A DNA stretch of 64,000 nucleotides from Oscillospiraceae bacterium. GTDB lineage: Bacteria; Bacillota; Clostridia; Oscillospirales; Oscillospiraceae. Both the position numbers and the translations under genes were made by a program. The DNA lies in contig CACWHX010000007.1 of assembly GCA_902760845.1 (NCBI GenBank), positions 10,050 to 74,049 of the forward strand, given 5' to 3'. This document shows, piece after piece, positions 1-9,607 of this stretch; positions within the stretch are counted from its first letter, which is position 1; every line of letters begins with the position of its first letter. The notes below the pieces were generated by a model. It was not told the origin of the DNA and ran no database searches. It saw nothing but the letters and a program-made list of their open reading frames with translations.

Positions 1-353
1 CGACGACGTATGTGGGCTTTTTGCTTATGCCGCTTGTGCTGGCGGTAAAGGGCTTTCTGTCGGGATGCGTGTTTGCGGCCTATCTGCGCGCGGCGGCGCC
101 GCATGCGTTTGCGCGTGCGGCGATTGAGATTTGCCTTCCGGGCGTGTTTCTGCTGCCGGCGCTGCTGCTGCTTGGCGCGCTGTGCATGCAGCTTTCCTAT
201 CGGCTGCTGTGTCATTATCGCGGCACGACGCCGTCCGGTCCGCCGGAAAACCATTCGCGTACACTTTCCGTCGTACTGATCCTGATGCTGCTGGCCGCGG
301 CGCTGGAGAGCTACGCGGTGCCTTATCTCACGCAGTGGATGCTTGCGTCATAA
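1..353 (+). CDS. Integral membrane protein, C-terminal part (possibly SpoIIM-like); frame open to left window edge
   Basis: ORF 12..353 has no in-frame stop upstream to nt 3. It has hydrophobic helices (PGVFLLPALLLLGALCMQ, VVLILMLLAAALE) and sits directly upstream of xerD. The family call is a guess from context. Confidence 0.4.
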   Translation, partial: TTYVGFLLMPLVLAVKGFLSGCVFAAYLRAAAPHAFARAAIEICLPGVFLLPALLLLGALCMQLSYRLLCHYRGTTPSGPPENHSRTLSVVLILMLLAAALESYAVPYLTQWMLAS

Positions 354-380
354 TTATCAGAAAGGAAGGAGGGATGCTCC

Positions 381-1271
381 TTGACGGACGCGCAATGTCT
401 TGAAGCCTATGAAATTTACCTGCGGGATGTAAAAAAGTCCTCAAAGAACACGCTCTCTTCCTATCTGCGGGACGTTCGCCAGCTGGGCGCGTACCTGGAC
501 GGGCATACGACCGCTTCGCTGGAGGATGCCGGGGAGGAGGATCTCTGCGGTTACATCGAGCATCTGCGCTCGGACGGAAAGTCGATTGCGACCGTGTCGC
601 GCGCAATCGCGTCCCTGAAGAACTTTTATCAGTATATGGTGGCCAATGGCTATGCCGGGGATAACCCGACGGGAAAGCTCGTGCCGGATAAGACGACGCA
701 GAAGCTGCCGCAGATTCTCACCAGCAAGGAGGTAGAACTTCTGCTCGCGCAGCCGGAATGCGTGGATATGAAGGGCTATCGCGACCGCGCGATGCTGGAG
801 CTGCTGTATGCGACGGGGATTCGTGTGAGCGAATTGATCTCGCTGAACATCACGGACGTGAACCTCTCCGCGGGGGTGCTCCGCTGCCAGAGCAGGGAAA
901 AGACCCGCGTGATCCCGCTTTATCCTGCGGCGGTGCGCGCGCTGACGGAGTATATCAACTTCATCCGACCGCAGATGATTGCGGCACCGGACGAACAGTC
1001 TCTGTTCGTAAACATCGGCGGCGAACGCATGTCCCGGCAGGGTTTTTGGAAGATCATCAAATCCTACCAGCAAAAGGCCGGGATCGAAAAAACCATCACG
1101 CCGCACACGCTGCGCCATTCGTTCGCGGCGCACCTGCTGGAAAACGGCGCGGATCTGCACGCCATCCAGGAGATGCTGGGCCATGCGGATATCTCTTCGA
1201 CGCAGGTTTATTCGCATCTTGTGAAAAAGCAGCTGAAGGATGTATATAACAAGGCGCACCCACGGGCATAA
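381..1271 (+). CDS. xerD: Tyrosine recombinase XerD
   Basis: 296 aa. Catalytic C-terminus HTLRHSFAAHLLENGADLHAIQEMLGHADISSTQVYSH. TTG start about 8 nt after AGGAAGGAGGG. Confidence 0.9.
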   Translation: MTDAQCLEAYEIYLRDVKKSSKNTLSSYLRDVRQLGAYLDGHTTASLEDAGEEDLCGYIEHLRSDGKSIATVSRAIASLKNFYQYMVANGYAGDNPTGKLVPDKTTQKLPQILTSKEVELLLAQPECVDMKGYRDRAMLELLYATGIRVSELISLNITDVNLSAGVLRCQSREKTRVIPLYPAAVRALTEYINFIRPQMIAAPDEQSLFVNIGGERMSRQGFWKIIKSYQQKAGIEKTITPHTLRHSFAAHLLENGADLHAIQEMLGHADISSTQVYSHLVKKQLKDVYNKAHPRA

Positions 1272-1280
1272 AAAACAAAA

Positions 1281-1320
1281 AAATTCCGCTTTTGTACTTG
1301 CAAAGGGCGGAATTTTTTGT
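1281..1320 (+). terminator. Rho-independent terminator after xerD
   Basis: Stem AAATTCCGC/GCGGAATTT with inner TTTG/CAAA pairing, followed by a TTTTTT run. Confidence 0.65.
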
Positions 1321-1461
1321 TATACTCTGTTCGAAAAACAAAAATGCGTCGTTTAAAATGCCCCAAAACCATATCCCCAAAACCGCGATTTATGCGTTTT
1401 TGTTTTTTCCGCAGCCCGCGGGTAGGCACCCTCCGCTCGCGGGCCTGTGGGGAGACCATCC

Positions 1462-1491
1462 ACAATGAGCCGTCTTCGGACGGCTCATTGT
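1462..1491. repeat. Perfect 13-bp stem hairpin with TTCG loop in the xerD-ruvC spacer (REP-like)
   Basis: ACAATGAGCCGTC-TTCG-GACGGCTCATTGT read directly. It lies in a 350-nt non-coding spacer that contains further GC-rich hairpins. Confidence 0.6.
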
Positions 1492-1584
1492 TCGTTGCAG
1501 AGCAGCTCAACCGCCGGCATTTGGCTTGCGCGGTCCCTTTCACGCGCCATTCACCGAGCCACGGCACCGGATGCTGACAGAGTG

Positions 1585-1613
1585 TTGCTTCGATTTGACG
1601 AATGTGGTAAAAT
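1585..1613 (+). promoter_or_regulatory. Candidate sigma-A promoter of ruvCAB
   Basis: TTGCTT-17 nt-TAAAAT about 20 nt upstream of the ruvC ATG. Confidence 0.4.
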
Positions 1614-1634
1614 ACTTATATTGGAGTGGTAACT

Positions 1635-2150
1635 ATGCGGATTCTGGGCATTGACCCCGGCATTGCGACCGTGGGCTTCGGCGTGGTGGACGCTGCGCAC
1701 AGCCGGCAGACGCTCGTGACCTGCGGCGTGATCACAACGCCGGCGAACACGCAGCTCTCCAGCCGTCTGGAGCAAATCTACCGCGACCTGAACGCGCTGA
1801 TTGAGCAGCTGTCGCCGGACGTGATGGCGGTAGAGGAGCTCTTTTTTAACACAAATATCACGACTGGCATTGCCGTCGCGCACGGGCGTGGCATCATCCT
1901 GCTTGCCGGCCGGCAGGCGGGCCTGCCGATTTATGAATACACGCCGCTGCAGGTCAAGCAGGCGGTGGTGGGCTATGGCCGCGCGGAAAAGAAGCAGGTC
2001 ATGGACATGGTGCGCCGGCTGCTGAACCTGAAAGCGGCGCCCAAGCCGGATGACGCGGCGGACGCCGTGGCCATTGCGCTCTGCCATGCGCGCAGCGCCA
2101 CTTCTTTGATCCAACGGGAAACGAGGTTTGATCCATGCTCTACCATATAG
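1635..2150 (+). CDS. ruvC: Crossover junction endodeoxyribonuclease RuvC
   Basis: N-terminus MRILGIDPGIATVGFGVVD and C-terminal DAADAVAIALCH motif. ATG 1635 preferred over GTG 1626. Confidence 0.93.
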   Translation: MRILGIDPGIATVGFGVVDAAHSRQTLVTCGVITTPANTQLSSRLEQIYRDLNALIEQLSPDVMAVEELFFNTNITTGIAVAHGRGIILLAGRQAGLPIYEYTPLQVKQAVVGYGRAEKKQVMDMVRRLLNLKAAPKPDDAADAVAIALCHARSATSLIQRETRFDPCSTI

Positions 2151-2740
2151 ACGGAACCGTCACCGATATCGAACCCAATCTCGTCGTGCTTGACTGCGGC
2201 GGGATTGGCTACGCGCTCAACGCGAGCCTGAACACAATTGCCGGCGTTCGGGCGGGCGAGCGCGCAAAGCTGTATGTCTACGAGTATATCCGCGAGGACG
2301 CGCACGATCTTTTTGGCTTTGCTTCAAAGGAGGAAAAGCGCTGCTTCGAAATGCTGATCGGCATTTCCGGCGTCGGCCCGAGGGCGGCGGTCTCCATTCT
2401 CTCCTCCAATACGCCCGGCTCGCTGGCGCTGGCCGTGCTCGGCGGGGATGAGAAGGCGCTGACCTCCGCGCCCGGCATCGGCAAAAAGATCGCCCAGCGC
2501 ATCATTCTGGAGCTGAAGGACAAGATCTCCAGGGAGTCTGCATCCGCCGACTTTGGCGGTGTGATGCCCGCCGCTGTGCCCGTGGCGGAAAACACCGCGC
2601 AGTCTGACGCGGTCGCCGCGCTGAGCGTGCTGGGCTACAGCATGCCGGAGATCAACGCCGCGCTGCAAAAGGTGCAGGCGGACGAGCTTACGGCAGAGCA
2701 GCTCGTCAAGGCCGCGCTGCGCGCCATGATGCAGACCTGA
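2135..2740 (+). CDS. ruvA: Holliday junction branch migration protein RuvA
   Basis: Starts MLYHIDG. HhH motifs ISGVGPRAA and [12 protein letters not shown]. Overlaps the ruvC stop. Confidence 0.93.
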   Translation: MLYHIDGTVTDIEPNLVVLDCGGIGYALNASLNTIAGVRAGERAKLYVYEYIREDAHDLFGFASKEEKRCFEMLIGISGVGPRAAVSILSSNTPGSLALAVLGGDEKALTSAPGIGKKIAQRIILELKDKISRESASADFGGVMPAAVPVAENTAQSDAVAALSVLGYSMPEINAALQKVQADELTAEQLVKAALRAMMQT

Positions 2741-2753
2741 GGAGGGAAGACGC

Positions 2754-3794
2754 ATGAGCATCAACTTTTCGGATGAGGCCCAGGAGCAGGTTGTGACGTC
2801 TGCGTCGATCCTTCCGGAGGACAGCGGCGAGGGGTCGCTGCGCCCGCGATATCTGCGGGAGTATATCGGGCAGGAAAAGGCAAAAGATAACCTGCAGGTG
2901 TTTATTGACGCGGCGCGCATGCGGTCCGAACCGCTCGATCATGTGCTGCTCTATGGCCCGCCGGGACTCGGCAAAACGACCATGGCCGCCGTGATCGCAA
3001 ACGAAATGGGCGTGAATATGCGCATCACATCCGGCCCGACGATCGAGAAGGCGGGCGACCTGGCGGCGCTGCTGACGAACCTTCAGGAGAATGATATTCT
3101 GTTTGTGGATGAGATTCACCGCCTGAACCGGGCGGTGGAGGAAATCCTCTATCCCGCGATGGAGGATTACGCCATTGATATCATCATCGGCAAGGGCCCC
3201 TCGGCCAATTCCATCCGGCTTGATCTGCCGAAATTCACGCTGATCGGCGCGACAACCCGCGCCGGACAGCTTACGGCGCCGCTGCGCGACCGCTTCGGCG
3301 TCAATCTGCGGCTGGAGCTTTATTCGCCGGAGGAGCTGCAGCGCATCGTCACGCGCAGCGCGGATATTCTCGGCATTGAGATCGAGCGCGACGGCGCGGC
3401 CGAGATCGCCTCGCGATCCCGCGGCACCCCGCGTATCGCGAACCGGATGCTCAAGCGCGTGCGGGACTATGCGCAGGTGCGCGCCGACGGTGTCATTACC
3501 CGCTCGGTCGCGAACGATGCGTTGCTGCGGCTGGAGGTCGATCAGCTTGGGCTGGATGCGACGGACCGCCGCATGCTGCGCAGCATCATCGAGTTTTACC
3601 ACGGCGGCCCGGTCGGGTTGGATACGCTGGCCGCGACCATCGGGGAGGAGGCCGTCACGCTGGAGGACGTCTATGAGCCGTATCTGCTGCAGCAGGGCTT
3701 TCTTACGCGCACGCCGCGCGGCCGCTGCGTGACCCGCCGGGCGTATGAGCACCTTGGACTGGCGTATTTGGGACAAGAGCAGCTCGAATTTTAA
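2754..3794 (+). CDS. ruvB: Holliday junction DNA helicase RuvB
   Basis: Walker [10 protein letters not shown], Walker [25 protein letters not shown]. Confidence 0.97.
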   Translation: MSINFSDEAQEQVVTSASILPEDSGEGSLRPRYLREYIGQEKAKDNLQVFIDAARMRSEPLDHVLLYGPPGLGKTTMAAVIANEMGVNMRITSGPTIEKAGDLAALLTNLQENDILFVDEIHRLNRAVEEILYPAMEDYAIDIIIGKGPSANSIRLDLPKFTLIGATTRAGQLTAPLRDRFGVNLRLELYSPEELQRIVTRSADILGIEIERDGAAEIASRSRGTPRIANRMLKRVRDYAQVRADGVITRSVANDALLRLEVDQLGLDATDRRMLRSIIEFYHGGPVGLDTLAATIGEEAVTLEDVYEPYLLQQGFLTRTPRGRCVTRRAYEHLGLAYLGQEQLEF

Positions 3795-3824
3795 GAAATT
3801 TTTATTCAATCTGCAAAAATACTA

Positions 3825-3852
3825 TTGACTTTTCTGTGGTTTTCGCTATAAT
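3825..3852 (+). promoter_or_regulatory. Near-consensus sigma-A promoter upstream of sigH
   Basis: TTGACT-16 nt-TATAAT read directly. Confidence 0.55.
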
Positions 3853-3885
3853 TTATGCGTATAAGTTTTTGGTTTTTGTAAAGAT

Positions 3886-4506
3886 ATGACAGATTATTCC
3901 GAGCTTTCCGATCAGGCGCTGCAGGCGCTTGCCATTCAAGGCGTTTCCGATGCGGAAGAGACGCTTATCACCCGTTATATTCGCAGCGTTCGTATGTGTG
4001 CCCGCCCGCTCTTTCTGGCGGGGGGGGACAGCGAGGACCTGATTCAGGAGGGCATGCTGGGGCTGCTGTCCGCCATCCGGCAGTATGACCCCGCGGAAAA
4101 CGTCCCATTCAGATCCTATGCGGAGCTTTGCATCAACCGGCGGCTTTACAGCGCCGTAAAATCAGCATCCCGCTTGAAGCACCTGCCGCTTAACAGCGGC
4201 GTACCCCTGGATGACATCCTCTCAGAAGAAGCCCAGCCGCAGGCGACGAATTTTCCGGATTCGGGTCGGCGCATTACGGAAGAGCAGGTTCTGGCCAGAG
4301 AGAGTGAGAAGGAACTGCATTCCGCGTTTCCCAAATATTTGTCAGATTTTGAATTGCGCATTTTGCAGCTGTACCTGTCCGGACTTTCCTATTCGGAGAT
4401 GGCCGCGGAGACAGGCAAGACCGAAAAGTCGGTTGACAACGCTGTCCAGCGCATCCGCCGCAAGCTGGCGCGGCTTCCCAATTTCAGCGACCCCAGCGAA
4501 AGCTGA
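3886..4506 (+). CDS. sigH: RNA polymerase sigma factor, SigH (Spo0H)-type
   Basis: DLIQEGMLGLLSAIRQYD, PFRSYAELCINRRL and KHLPLNS resemble SigH region 2. Region 4 HTH is LSYSEMAAETGKTEKSVDNAVQRIRRKL. Confidence 0.7.
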   Translation: MTDYSELSDQALQALAIQGVSDAEETLITRYIRSVRMCARPLFLAGGDSEDLIQEGMLGLLSAIRQYDPAENVPFRSYAELCINRRLYSAVKSASRLKHLPLNSGVPLDDILSEEAQPQATNFPDSGRRITEEQVLARESEKELHSAFPKYLSDFELRILQLYLSGLSYSEMAAETGKTEKSVDNAVQRIRRKLARLPNFSDPSES

Positions 4507-4555
4507 ACGCAAATATTCAGCCGAAAGGCAAGTTTTTCAAAAGAGAGGATTCAAA

Positions 4556-4834
4556 ATGTACGAAGACAAGACACTGAAGTGCAAAGAGTGTGGAGCAGAG
4601 TTTGTTTTTACTGCCGGCGAACAGGAGTTTTATGCGGAGCGCGGCTTCCAGAACGAGCCTCAGCGCTGCAAGGCCTGCCGCGACGCCCGCAAGAACGCGG
4701 CCCGCGGCCCGCGCGAGTATTTCACTGCAACGTGCGCGGCCTGCGGCGGCGAGGCGAGAGTGCCGTTTGAGCCCAAATCCGATCGTCCGGTCTACTGCAG
4801 CGAATGCTTTGCAAAAATGAGAGGGCAGGCCTGA
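4556..4834 (+). CDS. CxxC zinc-ribbon protein (CxxC-x17-CxxC type)
   Basis: 92 aa from ATG 4556 (RBS AGAGAGGA). Cys pairs CKECG...CKAC and CAACG...CSEC. The longer start at 4211 overlaps sigH and is rejected. Confidence 0.7.
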   Translation: MYEDKTLKCKECGAEFVFTAGEQEFYAERGFQNEPQRCKACRDARKNAARGPREYFTATCAACGGEARVPFEPKSDRPVYCSECFAKMRGQA

Positions 4835-4918
4835 TTGGCCGCACTTTCCCGAAATGATTGGGACGCAAAAGCGCCCCAATCATTTTCACACTTGTAATTT
4901 CTTTTGGAGGGATATAAA

Positions 4919-5122
4919 ATGTTTGAAATCACAAAAGACACTCTAATCAGCGATATTCTGGAGTACGCGCCGGAGTCCATGCCGATTTTCCAGAACATCG
5001 GGATGCATTGCCTTGGCTGCGCGCTCTCCAGCGCGGAAACGCTGGAGCAGGCCTGCCTGGTGCACGATGTGGACCCCGACGCATTCCTGGAGGAGCTGCG
5101 GACGTATCTGGACAGCCTGTAA
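4919..5122 (+). CDS. DUF1858 / hybrid-cluster-protein-associated redox disulfide domain protein
   Basis: MFEITKDTLISDIL... with GMHCLGCALSSAETLEQAC. GGAGGG lies 7 nt upstream of ATG 4919. Confidence 0.7.
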   Translation: MFEITKDTLISDILEYAPESMPIFQNIGMHCLGCALSSAETLEQACLVHDVDPDAFLEELRTYLDSL

Positions 5123-5177
5123 GAAGGCAGAGAAAAGCCGGCAGCCGCCGGCTTTTTTATTTGGAGCATGGCAAATC

Positions 5178-5864
5178 ATGATTTCTTTATCAAATCGCCT
5201 TCAAATGGTGGCGTCCTTGATTCCGCCGTCCGCCGTTGTCGCCGATGTCGGCACAGACCACGGGTATCTTCCGGTCTGGCTGCTGCAAAGCGGCAGGGCG
5301 CGCCGCGTTCTTGCGTCGGATATCCATGCCGGCCCGCTTCGGCGCGCGCGCCAGACGGCCGCGGAATACGCGGTGGAAGAGCAGATCGAATTCGCGCTTT
5401 GCGATGGGCTTCAATTCCCACAGGCCGAGCGGGCGGAAACGATCGTGATTGCCGGCATGGGCGGCGAGACGATGATCTCCATTCTGCGGATGGCGCCGTG
5501 GACGCGGCAGGGGAGACACATTATCCTGCAGCCGCAGAGCAAACGGCGCGCCTTGACAGCGTGGCTTCAGGCGGCCGGATACACGCTGCAAACCGCGAGA
5601 CTCTGCGAGGATGGCGGAATGCTGTATCACGCTCTGGCGGCTTTTGGCGGCGCGCCTGCGGAGAAAACAACGGCCGAGGCGCTGCTGTTTGCGTCGCACG
5701 ATCCGCTGCTGCCGCAGTTTCTCGCGGCGGAGGAGGCCAGGCTCCTGCGGGCGATAGAGGGAATGTCGCGCGCGGAGGCTCGGCCGATGTGCGCGGCGCT
5801 GACGGACGCACGCGAGGAGCTGGAGAGAATCCGACGGTATAAGGAGGCGGTAACCGCATGGTGA
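5178..5864 (+). CDS. trmK: tRNA (adenine(22)-N(1))-methyltransferase TrmK
   Basis: VADVGTDHGYLP and IAGMGGETMI motifs. Followed by nif3, as in Bacillus yqfN-yqfO. Confidence 0.85.
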   Translation: MISLSNRLQMVASLIPPSAVVADVGTDHGYLPVWLLQSGRARRVLASDIHAGPLRRARQTAAEYAVEEQIEFALCDGLQFPQAERAETIVIAGMGGETMISILRMAPWTRQGRHIILQPQSKRRALTAWLQAAGYTLQTARLCEDGGMLYHALAAFGGAPAEKTTAEALLFASHDPLLPQFLAAEEARLLRAIEGMSRAEARPMCAALTDAREELERIRRYKEAVTAW

Positions 5865-6658
5865 CGGTACAGGATATCTACACGTTTTTAAATGAGCTTG
5901 CCCCGGTGCATTATCAAATGGACTTTGACAATTCCGGCCTGCTGCTGGGCGATGCCGCGGCTCCTGTGACGCGCGTTCTCGTCGCGCTGGACATTACGGA
6001 CGCGGTGATCGAAGAGGCCGCCGCGGACGGCGCGCAGCTGATCGTGTCGCACCATCCGCTCATTTTCACGCCGATGAAACATGTTCTGGCGGATGATCTC
6101 ACAGGGCGAAAAATTCTGCGCATGGCGGCCTGCAGCCTGTCCGCGATTTGCATGCACACGAATCTGGACATTGCCGAGGACGGCGTAAACGACACGCTGA
6201 TGGAGGCGCTGGGCGCACAGGTGACGGGACTGTTGGAGCACGCCGGGACGGACGACAACGGAAGCCCGCTTGGCTGCGGACGGATTGGCCGTCTCGCCGC
6301 GCCAATGGCGCTTTCGGAGTTTCTGCGCTTTGCCGCGGCGCGGCTGCGGACAAACGGACTGCGATACTGCGACGCCGGCAGTGCGGTGGAAAAACTGGCG
6401 GTCTGCGGCGGCGCCGGAGGGAATATGCTGGAGCTTGCGCACGACGCGGGCTGCGATACGTTTTTGACCGCGGACGTGAAATACGATCGGTTCCTCGCGG
6501 CGAAGGAGCTGGGGATAAACCTGATCGACGCGGACCATTTCTGCACGGAAAATGTTGTGATCCCAAAGCTTGCAGAGCAGCTTCGCCGCCATTTCCCGGA
6601 GGTGACGGTATCCGTCAGCCGCCGGCACGGCCAGACCGTACAATTTTATATGCCATAG
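5858..6658 (+). CDS. Nif3-like dinuclear metal centre protein (YqfO family)
   Basis: DFDNSGLLLGD, VSHHPLIF, HTNLD and DADHF motifs. Overlaps the trmK stop. Confidence 0.88.
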   Translation: MVTVQDIYTFLNELAPVHYQMDFDNSGLLLGDAAAPVTRVLVALDITDAVIEEAAADGAQLIVSHHPLIFTPMKHVLADDLTGRKILRMAACSLSAICMHTNLDIAEDGVNDTLMEALGAQVTGLLEHAGTDDNGSPLGCGRIGRLAAPMALSEFLRFAAARLRTNGLRYCDAGSAVEKLAVCGGAGGNMLELAHDAGCDTFLTADVKYDRFLAAKELGINLIDADHFCTENVVIPKLAEQLRRHFPEVTVSVSRRHGQTVQFYMP

Positions 6659-6756
6659 AGTGTGATACGGACGCCGGAGACGGCGTCCGTATTGTCATAT
6701 CCCTGTCCGCTTTCTCATATGGTTCTGATAAAGACTGAGGAAAAGAGGACGGCAGT

Positions 6757-8235
6757 ATGGATCATACATCTATTTATGCGGACATTGCGCGCCGCACAAG
6801 CGGAAACATCTATCTTGGCGTGGTCGGCCCGGTGCGCACGGGAAAGTCCACGTTCATCAAACGCTTTATGGAGACGCTGGTGCTTCCGAATATGGAGGAT
6901 GAATACGCCCGTGAGCGCACACGGGATGAGCTGCCGCAGAGCGGGTCGGGCCGCACGATCATGACTGCGGAGCCAAAATTTGTTCCGGAGGAGGCCGCGG
7001 CCGTCGTGCTGGCGGATGGCGTGGAGGCGTCCGTGCGGCTCATTGACAGCGTCGGATTTATGATCCCGGGCGCTGCCGGACAATATGACGAGGAAGGGGA
7101 GCGCATGGTCACCACGCCGTGGTTTGACCACGAAATTCCCATGAGCGAGGCGGCGGAGCAGGGGACACGCAAGGTTATCACCGACCACTCCACGATCGGG
7201 ATCGTGGTGACCACGGACGGCAGCATTACAGATATTCCGCGCGAGGATTATGTCGCTGCCGAGGAGCGCGTGATTTCGGAGCTTCAGGAGATCAACAAGC
7301 CGTTTTTGCTGCTCCTCAACTGCGCGGAGCCGGAGGGCGCGGACGCGCAGGCGCTGGCGGCCCAGCTTCAGGAGCGCTATGACGCGGCTTGCCTGCCGGT
7401 CAACTGCCAGACGCTGGCGGAGCCGGACATTTCGGCCATCCTGCGCACGGTGCTTCTGGAGTTTCCCGTGACGGAGATCGGCTTTCAAATGCCGGAGTGG
7501 ATGGAGGTCCTGCCGGTGACGAATGAGACCAAAGCGCAGCTCTTTGGTCTGCTTCTGGAGCAGGCGCAGCCGCTGCAGCGGCTGCGGGACGCCGAGACGC
7601 TTGCCAGGGCGCTCGCGGAAAACGACCTGCTGTCCGGCGCGCACGTGGCGCAGATGGACGTCGCCTCCGGACGGGTCGTCTATACGCTGGAGTTCCCGCA
7701 ATCCCTGTACTATACCATTATCAGCCGGGAATCCGGACTGGAGATTCAAAACGATGGAGCGCTGATCGCGTTCCTGTCGGAAATGCGTGCGGTACGGCAG
7801 GATTACGAGCATATCCGCAGCGCGCTGGAGGATGTGCGCGAGAAGGGCTATGGCGTCGTGCTGCCTACGCCGGAGGAGCTGCATCTGGAAGAACCGGAGA
7901 TCGTGCGGCAGGGCGGACGATATGGCGTGAAGCTGCGGGCCACGGCGTCCTCTATCCATATGCTCAAGGCAAATATTGAAACCGAAGTCTCGCCGGAGCT
8001 GGGCGGGGAAGAGGCATCGGGCGAAATCCTGGGCTTTCTGCTGCAGGGCTTCAACGGCGACGTCAATCAGCTCTGGGATTCAAATATCTTCGGAAAATCC
8101 TTGTACGCAATCGCGCAGGAGGGGATGGAGGCAAAGATCCGCAGCATGCCGGAAAAGGCGGCCGGAAAGCTGCAGGAGACGATTCAGAAGATCATCAACG
8201 ACGGCGGCGGAACGCTCCTCTGCATTATTTTGTAG
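6757..8235 (+). CDS. spoIVA: Stage IV sporulation protein A
   Basis: N-terminal Walker A GVVGPVRTGKSTFIKRFM. 492 aa. C-terminus ...GGGTLLCIIL typical of SpoIVA. Confidence 0.95.
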   Translation: MDHTSIYADIARRTSGNIYLGVVGPVRTGKSTFIKRFMETLVLPNMEDEYARERTRDELPQSGSGRTIMTAEPKFVPEEAAAVVLADGVEASVRLIDSVGFMIPGAAGQYDEEGERMVTTPWFDHEIPMSEAAEQGTRKVITDHSTIGIVVTTDGSITDIPREDYVAAEERVISELQEINKPFLLLLNCAEPEGADAQALAAQLQERYDAACLPVNCQTLAEPDISAILRTVLLEFPVTEIGFQMPEWMEVLPVTNETKAQLFGLLLEQAQPLQRLRDAETLARALAENDLLSGAHVAQMDVASGRVVYTLEFPQSLYYTIISRESGLEIQNDGALIAFLSEMRAVRQDYEHIRSALEDVREKGYGVVLPTPEELHLEEPEIVRQGGRYGVKLRATASSIHMLKANIETEVSPELGGEEASGEILGFLLQGFNGDVNQLWDSNIFGKSLYAIAQEGMEAKIRSMPEKAAGKLQETIQKIINDGGGTLLCIIL

Positions 8236-8245
8236 GAATTCGCTG

Positions 8246-8274
8246 TTGCATTCTTCCGGCTGACAGGATATAAT
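8246..8274 (+). promoter_or_regulatory. Candidate sigma-A promoter of the aminotransferase gene
   Basis: TTGCAT-17 nt-TATAAT read directly. Confidence 0.55.
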
Positions 8275-8321
8275 TCAGCGTGACAACAGGGTAAGTTATC
8301 TGTGAGAGGAAGGATGCACCA

Positions 8322-9521
8322 ATGAAACCGATTTCGAAGATCGCGGCGGCGGTCAGTCCGTCGTCCACGCTGGCAGTCAACGCGCTGGCAAAAAAGCTGC
8401 GCGCGGAGGGAAAGGACGTCATCAGCTTCGGCACCGGCGAGCCGGATTTTGCGACGCCGGACGCCATCAGCTACGCGGGCATCCGGGCCATCTGCGAAGG
8501 GCAGACCAAGTATACCCCGGCCGCCGGCACACCCGGACTTCGCAAGGCCGTTTGCAAGCGGATGAAGGAAGACTATGACCTTGACTATGAAGCGGAAAAC
8601 GTCGTTGTCGCGAGCGGCGCCAAGCACAGCGTGTATCTCACGCTGGCCGTTCTGGTCGATCCCGGCGACGAGGTCGTGCTCCCGGCCCCGTACTGGACCA
8701 GCTACTATGAAATGATTCGGCTGTTCGGCGGCGAGCCGGTCGTTGTGACGGCGGGGGAGGACCAGGGCTTCAAAATCACGGCGGCGCAGCTGGAGGCGGC
8801 AATCACGGCCCGGACCAAGGCCGTGATGCTGAATAATCCCTCCAACCCCACCGGCGCCATTTATACAAAGGCCGAGCTGCGGGCGCTGGCCGAGGTGTGT
8901 GTGAAGCATGACCTGTATATCATTGCGGATGAAATTTATGATAAGCTCATTTACGACGGCGCGACCTTCACGAGCGTTGCCTCACTGGGCGAGGAAGTCA
9001 AGGCGCACACGATTCTCATCAACGGTGTCTCCAAGACCTATTCCATGACGGGCTGGCGCGTTGGTTACGCCCTGGCGGAAAAAACACTGGCAAAGGCCAT
9101 GTCCAGCTATGTGAGCCATTCCACGGGCGCGCCCGGGACGATGGCGCAGGCGGCGGCACAGGCGGCGTTGGAAGGGCCGCAGGACGAGGTCGAGGCAATG
9201 CGCAGCGTCTTTGAGCAGCGGCGGAATTATCTGGTGCAGCGAATGAACGCTATGGATGGAGTCGGTTGCCTGACGCCGAGCGGCGCTTTTTATGTCATGA
9301 TGAACATTGAGCGCCTTTTTGGGAAAACCATCGACGGCGAAGTGATTTCGGATGCGGACGAATTTGCCCGTCTGTTTCTTGAAAAGAGTATGGTCGCCGT
9401 GGTGTCCTGCACCGCGTTCGGCGCGCCGGGCTTCGTCCGCTGGAGCTATGCGGCATCCATGGAGAACATCGAAAAGGCCATGGATCGTCTGGAAGCGTTC
9501 CTCGCAAGAGTCAAGGCGTAG
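8322..9521 (+). CDS. Pyridoxal-phosphate aminotransferase (aspartate aminotransferase type)
   Basis: GTGEPDF, NNPSNPTG, SKTYSMTGWR (PLP lysine). 399 aa. Confidence 0.9.
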   Translation: MKPISKIAAAVSPSSTLAVNALAKKLRAEGKDVISFGTGEPDFATPDAISYAGIRAICEGQTKYTPAAGTPGLRKAVCKRMKEDYDLDYEAENVVVASGAKHSVYLTLAVLVDPGDEVVLPAPYWTSYYEMIRLFGGEPVVVTAGEDQGFKITAAQLEAAITARTKAVMLNNPSNPTGAIYTKAELRALAEVCVKHDLYIIADEIYDKLIYDGATFTSVASLGEEVKAHTILINGVSKTYSMTGWRVGYALAEKTLAKAMSSYVSHSTGAPGTMAQAAAQAALEGPQDEVEAMRSVFEQRRNYLVQRMNAMDGVGCLTPSGAFYVMMNIERLFGKTIDGEVISDADEFARLFLEKSMVAVVSCTAFGAPGFVRWSYAASMENIEKAMDRLEAFLARVKA

Positions 9522-9539
9522 CAATAAACAGGTACGAAA

Positions 9540-9574
9540 GCAGGGCCATCCCGTTCGGGATGGCCCTGCTTTTT
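9540..9574 (+). terminator. Rho-independent terminator after the aminotransferase gene
   Basis: GCAGGGCCATCCC-GTTC-GGGATGGCCCTGC followed by TTTTT. Confidence 0.75.
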
Positions 9575-9578
9575 CGCA

Positions 9579-9607
9579 TTGACGGCGCGCGGGTGCAACG
9601 GTATAAT
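9579..9607 (+). promoter_or_regulatory. Candidate promoter upstream of / overlapping the cwlD 5' end
   Basis: TTGACG-17 nt-TATAAT. The -10 element overlaps the first in-frame ATG (9606). Confidence 0.5.

Noticed and set aside
1272-1634. Possible tRNA or small RNA gene in the 360-nt xerD-ruvC spacer
   Set aside because: The spacer contains several strong hairpins but no cloverleaf-compatible arrangement or recognisable RNA family signature. It is treated as REP-like structured spacer.
4211-4555. Long N-terminal extension of the zinc-ribbon ORF overlapping sigH
   Set aside because: The extension is out-of-frame overlap with the sigH coding sequence and is Arg/Pro-rich. A good RBS and ATG at 4556 give the conserved 92-aa protein.
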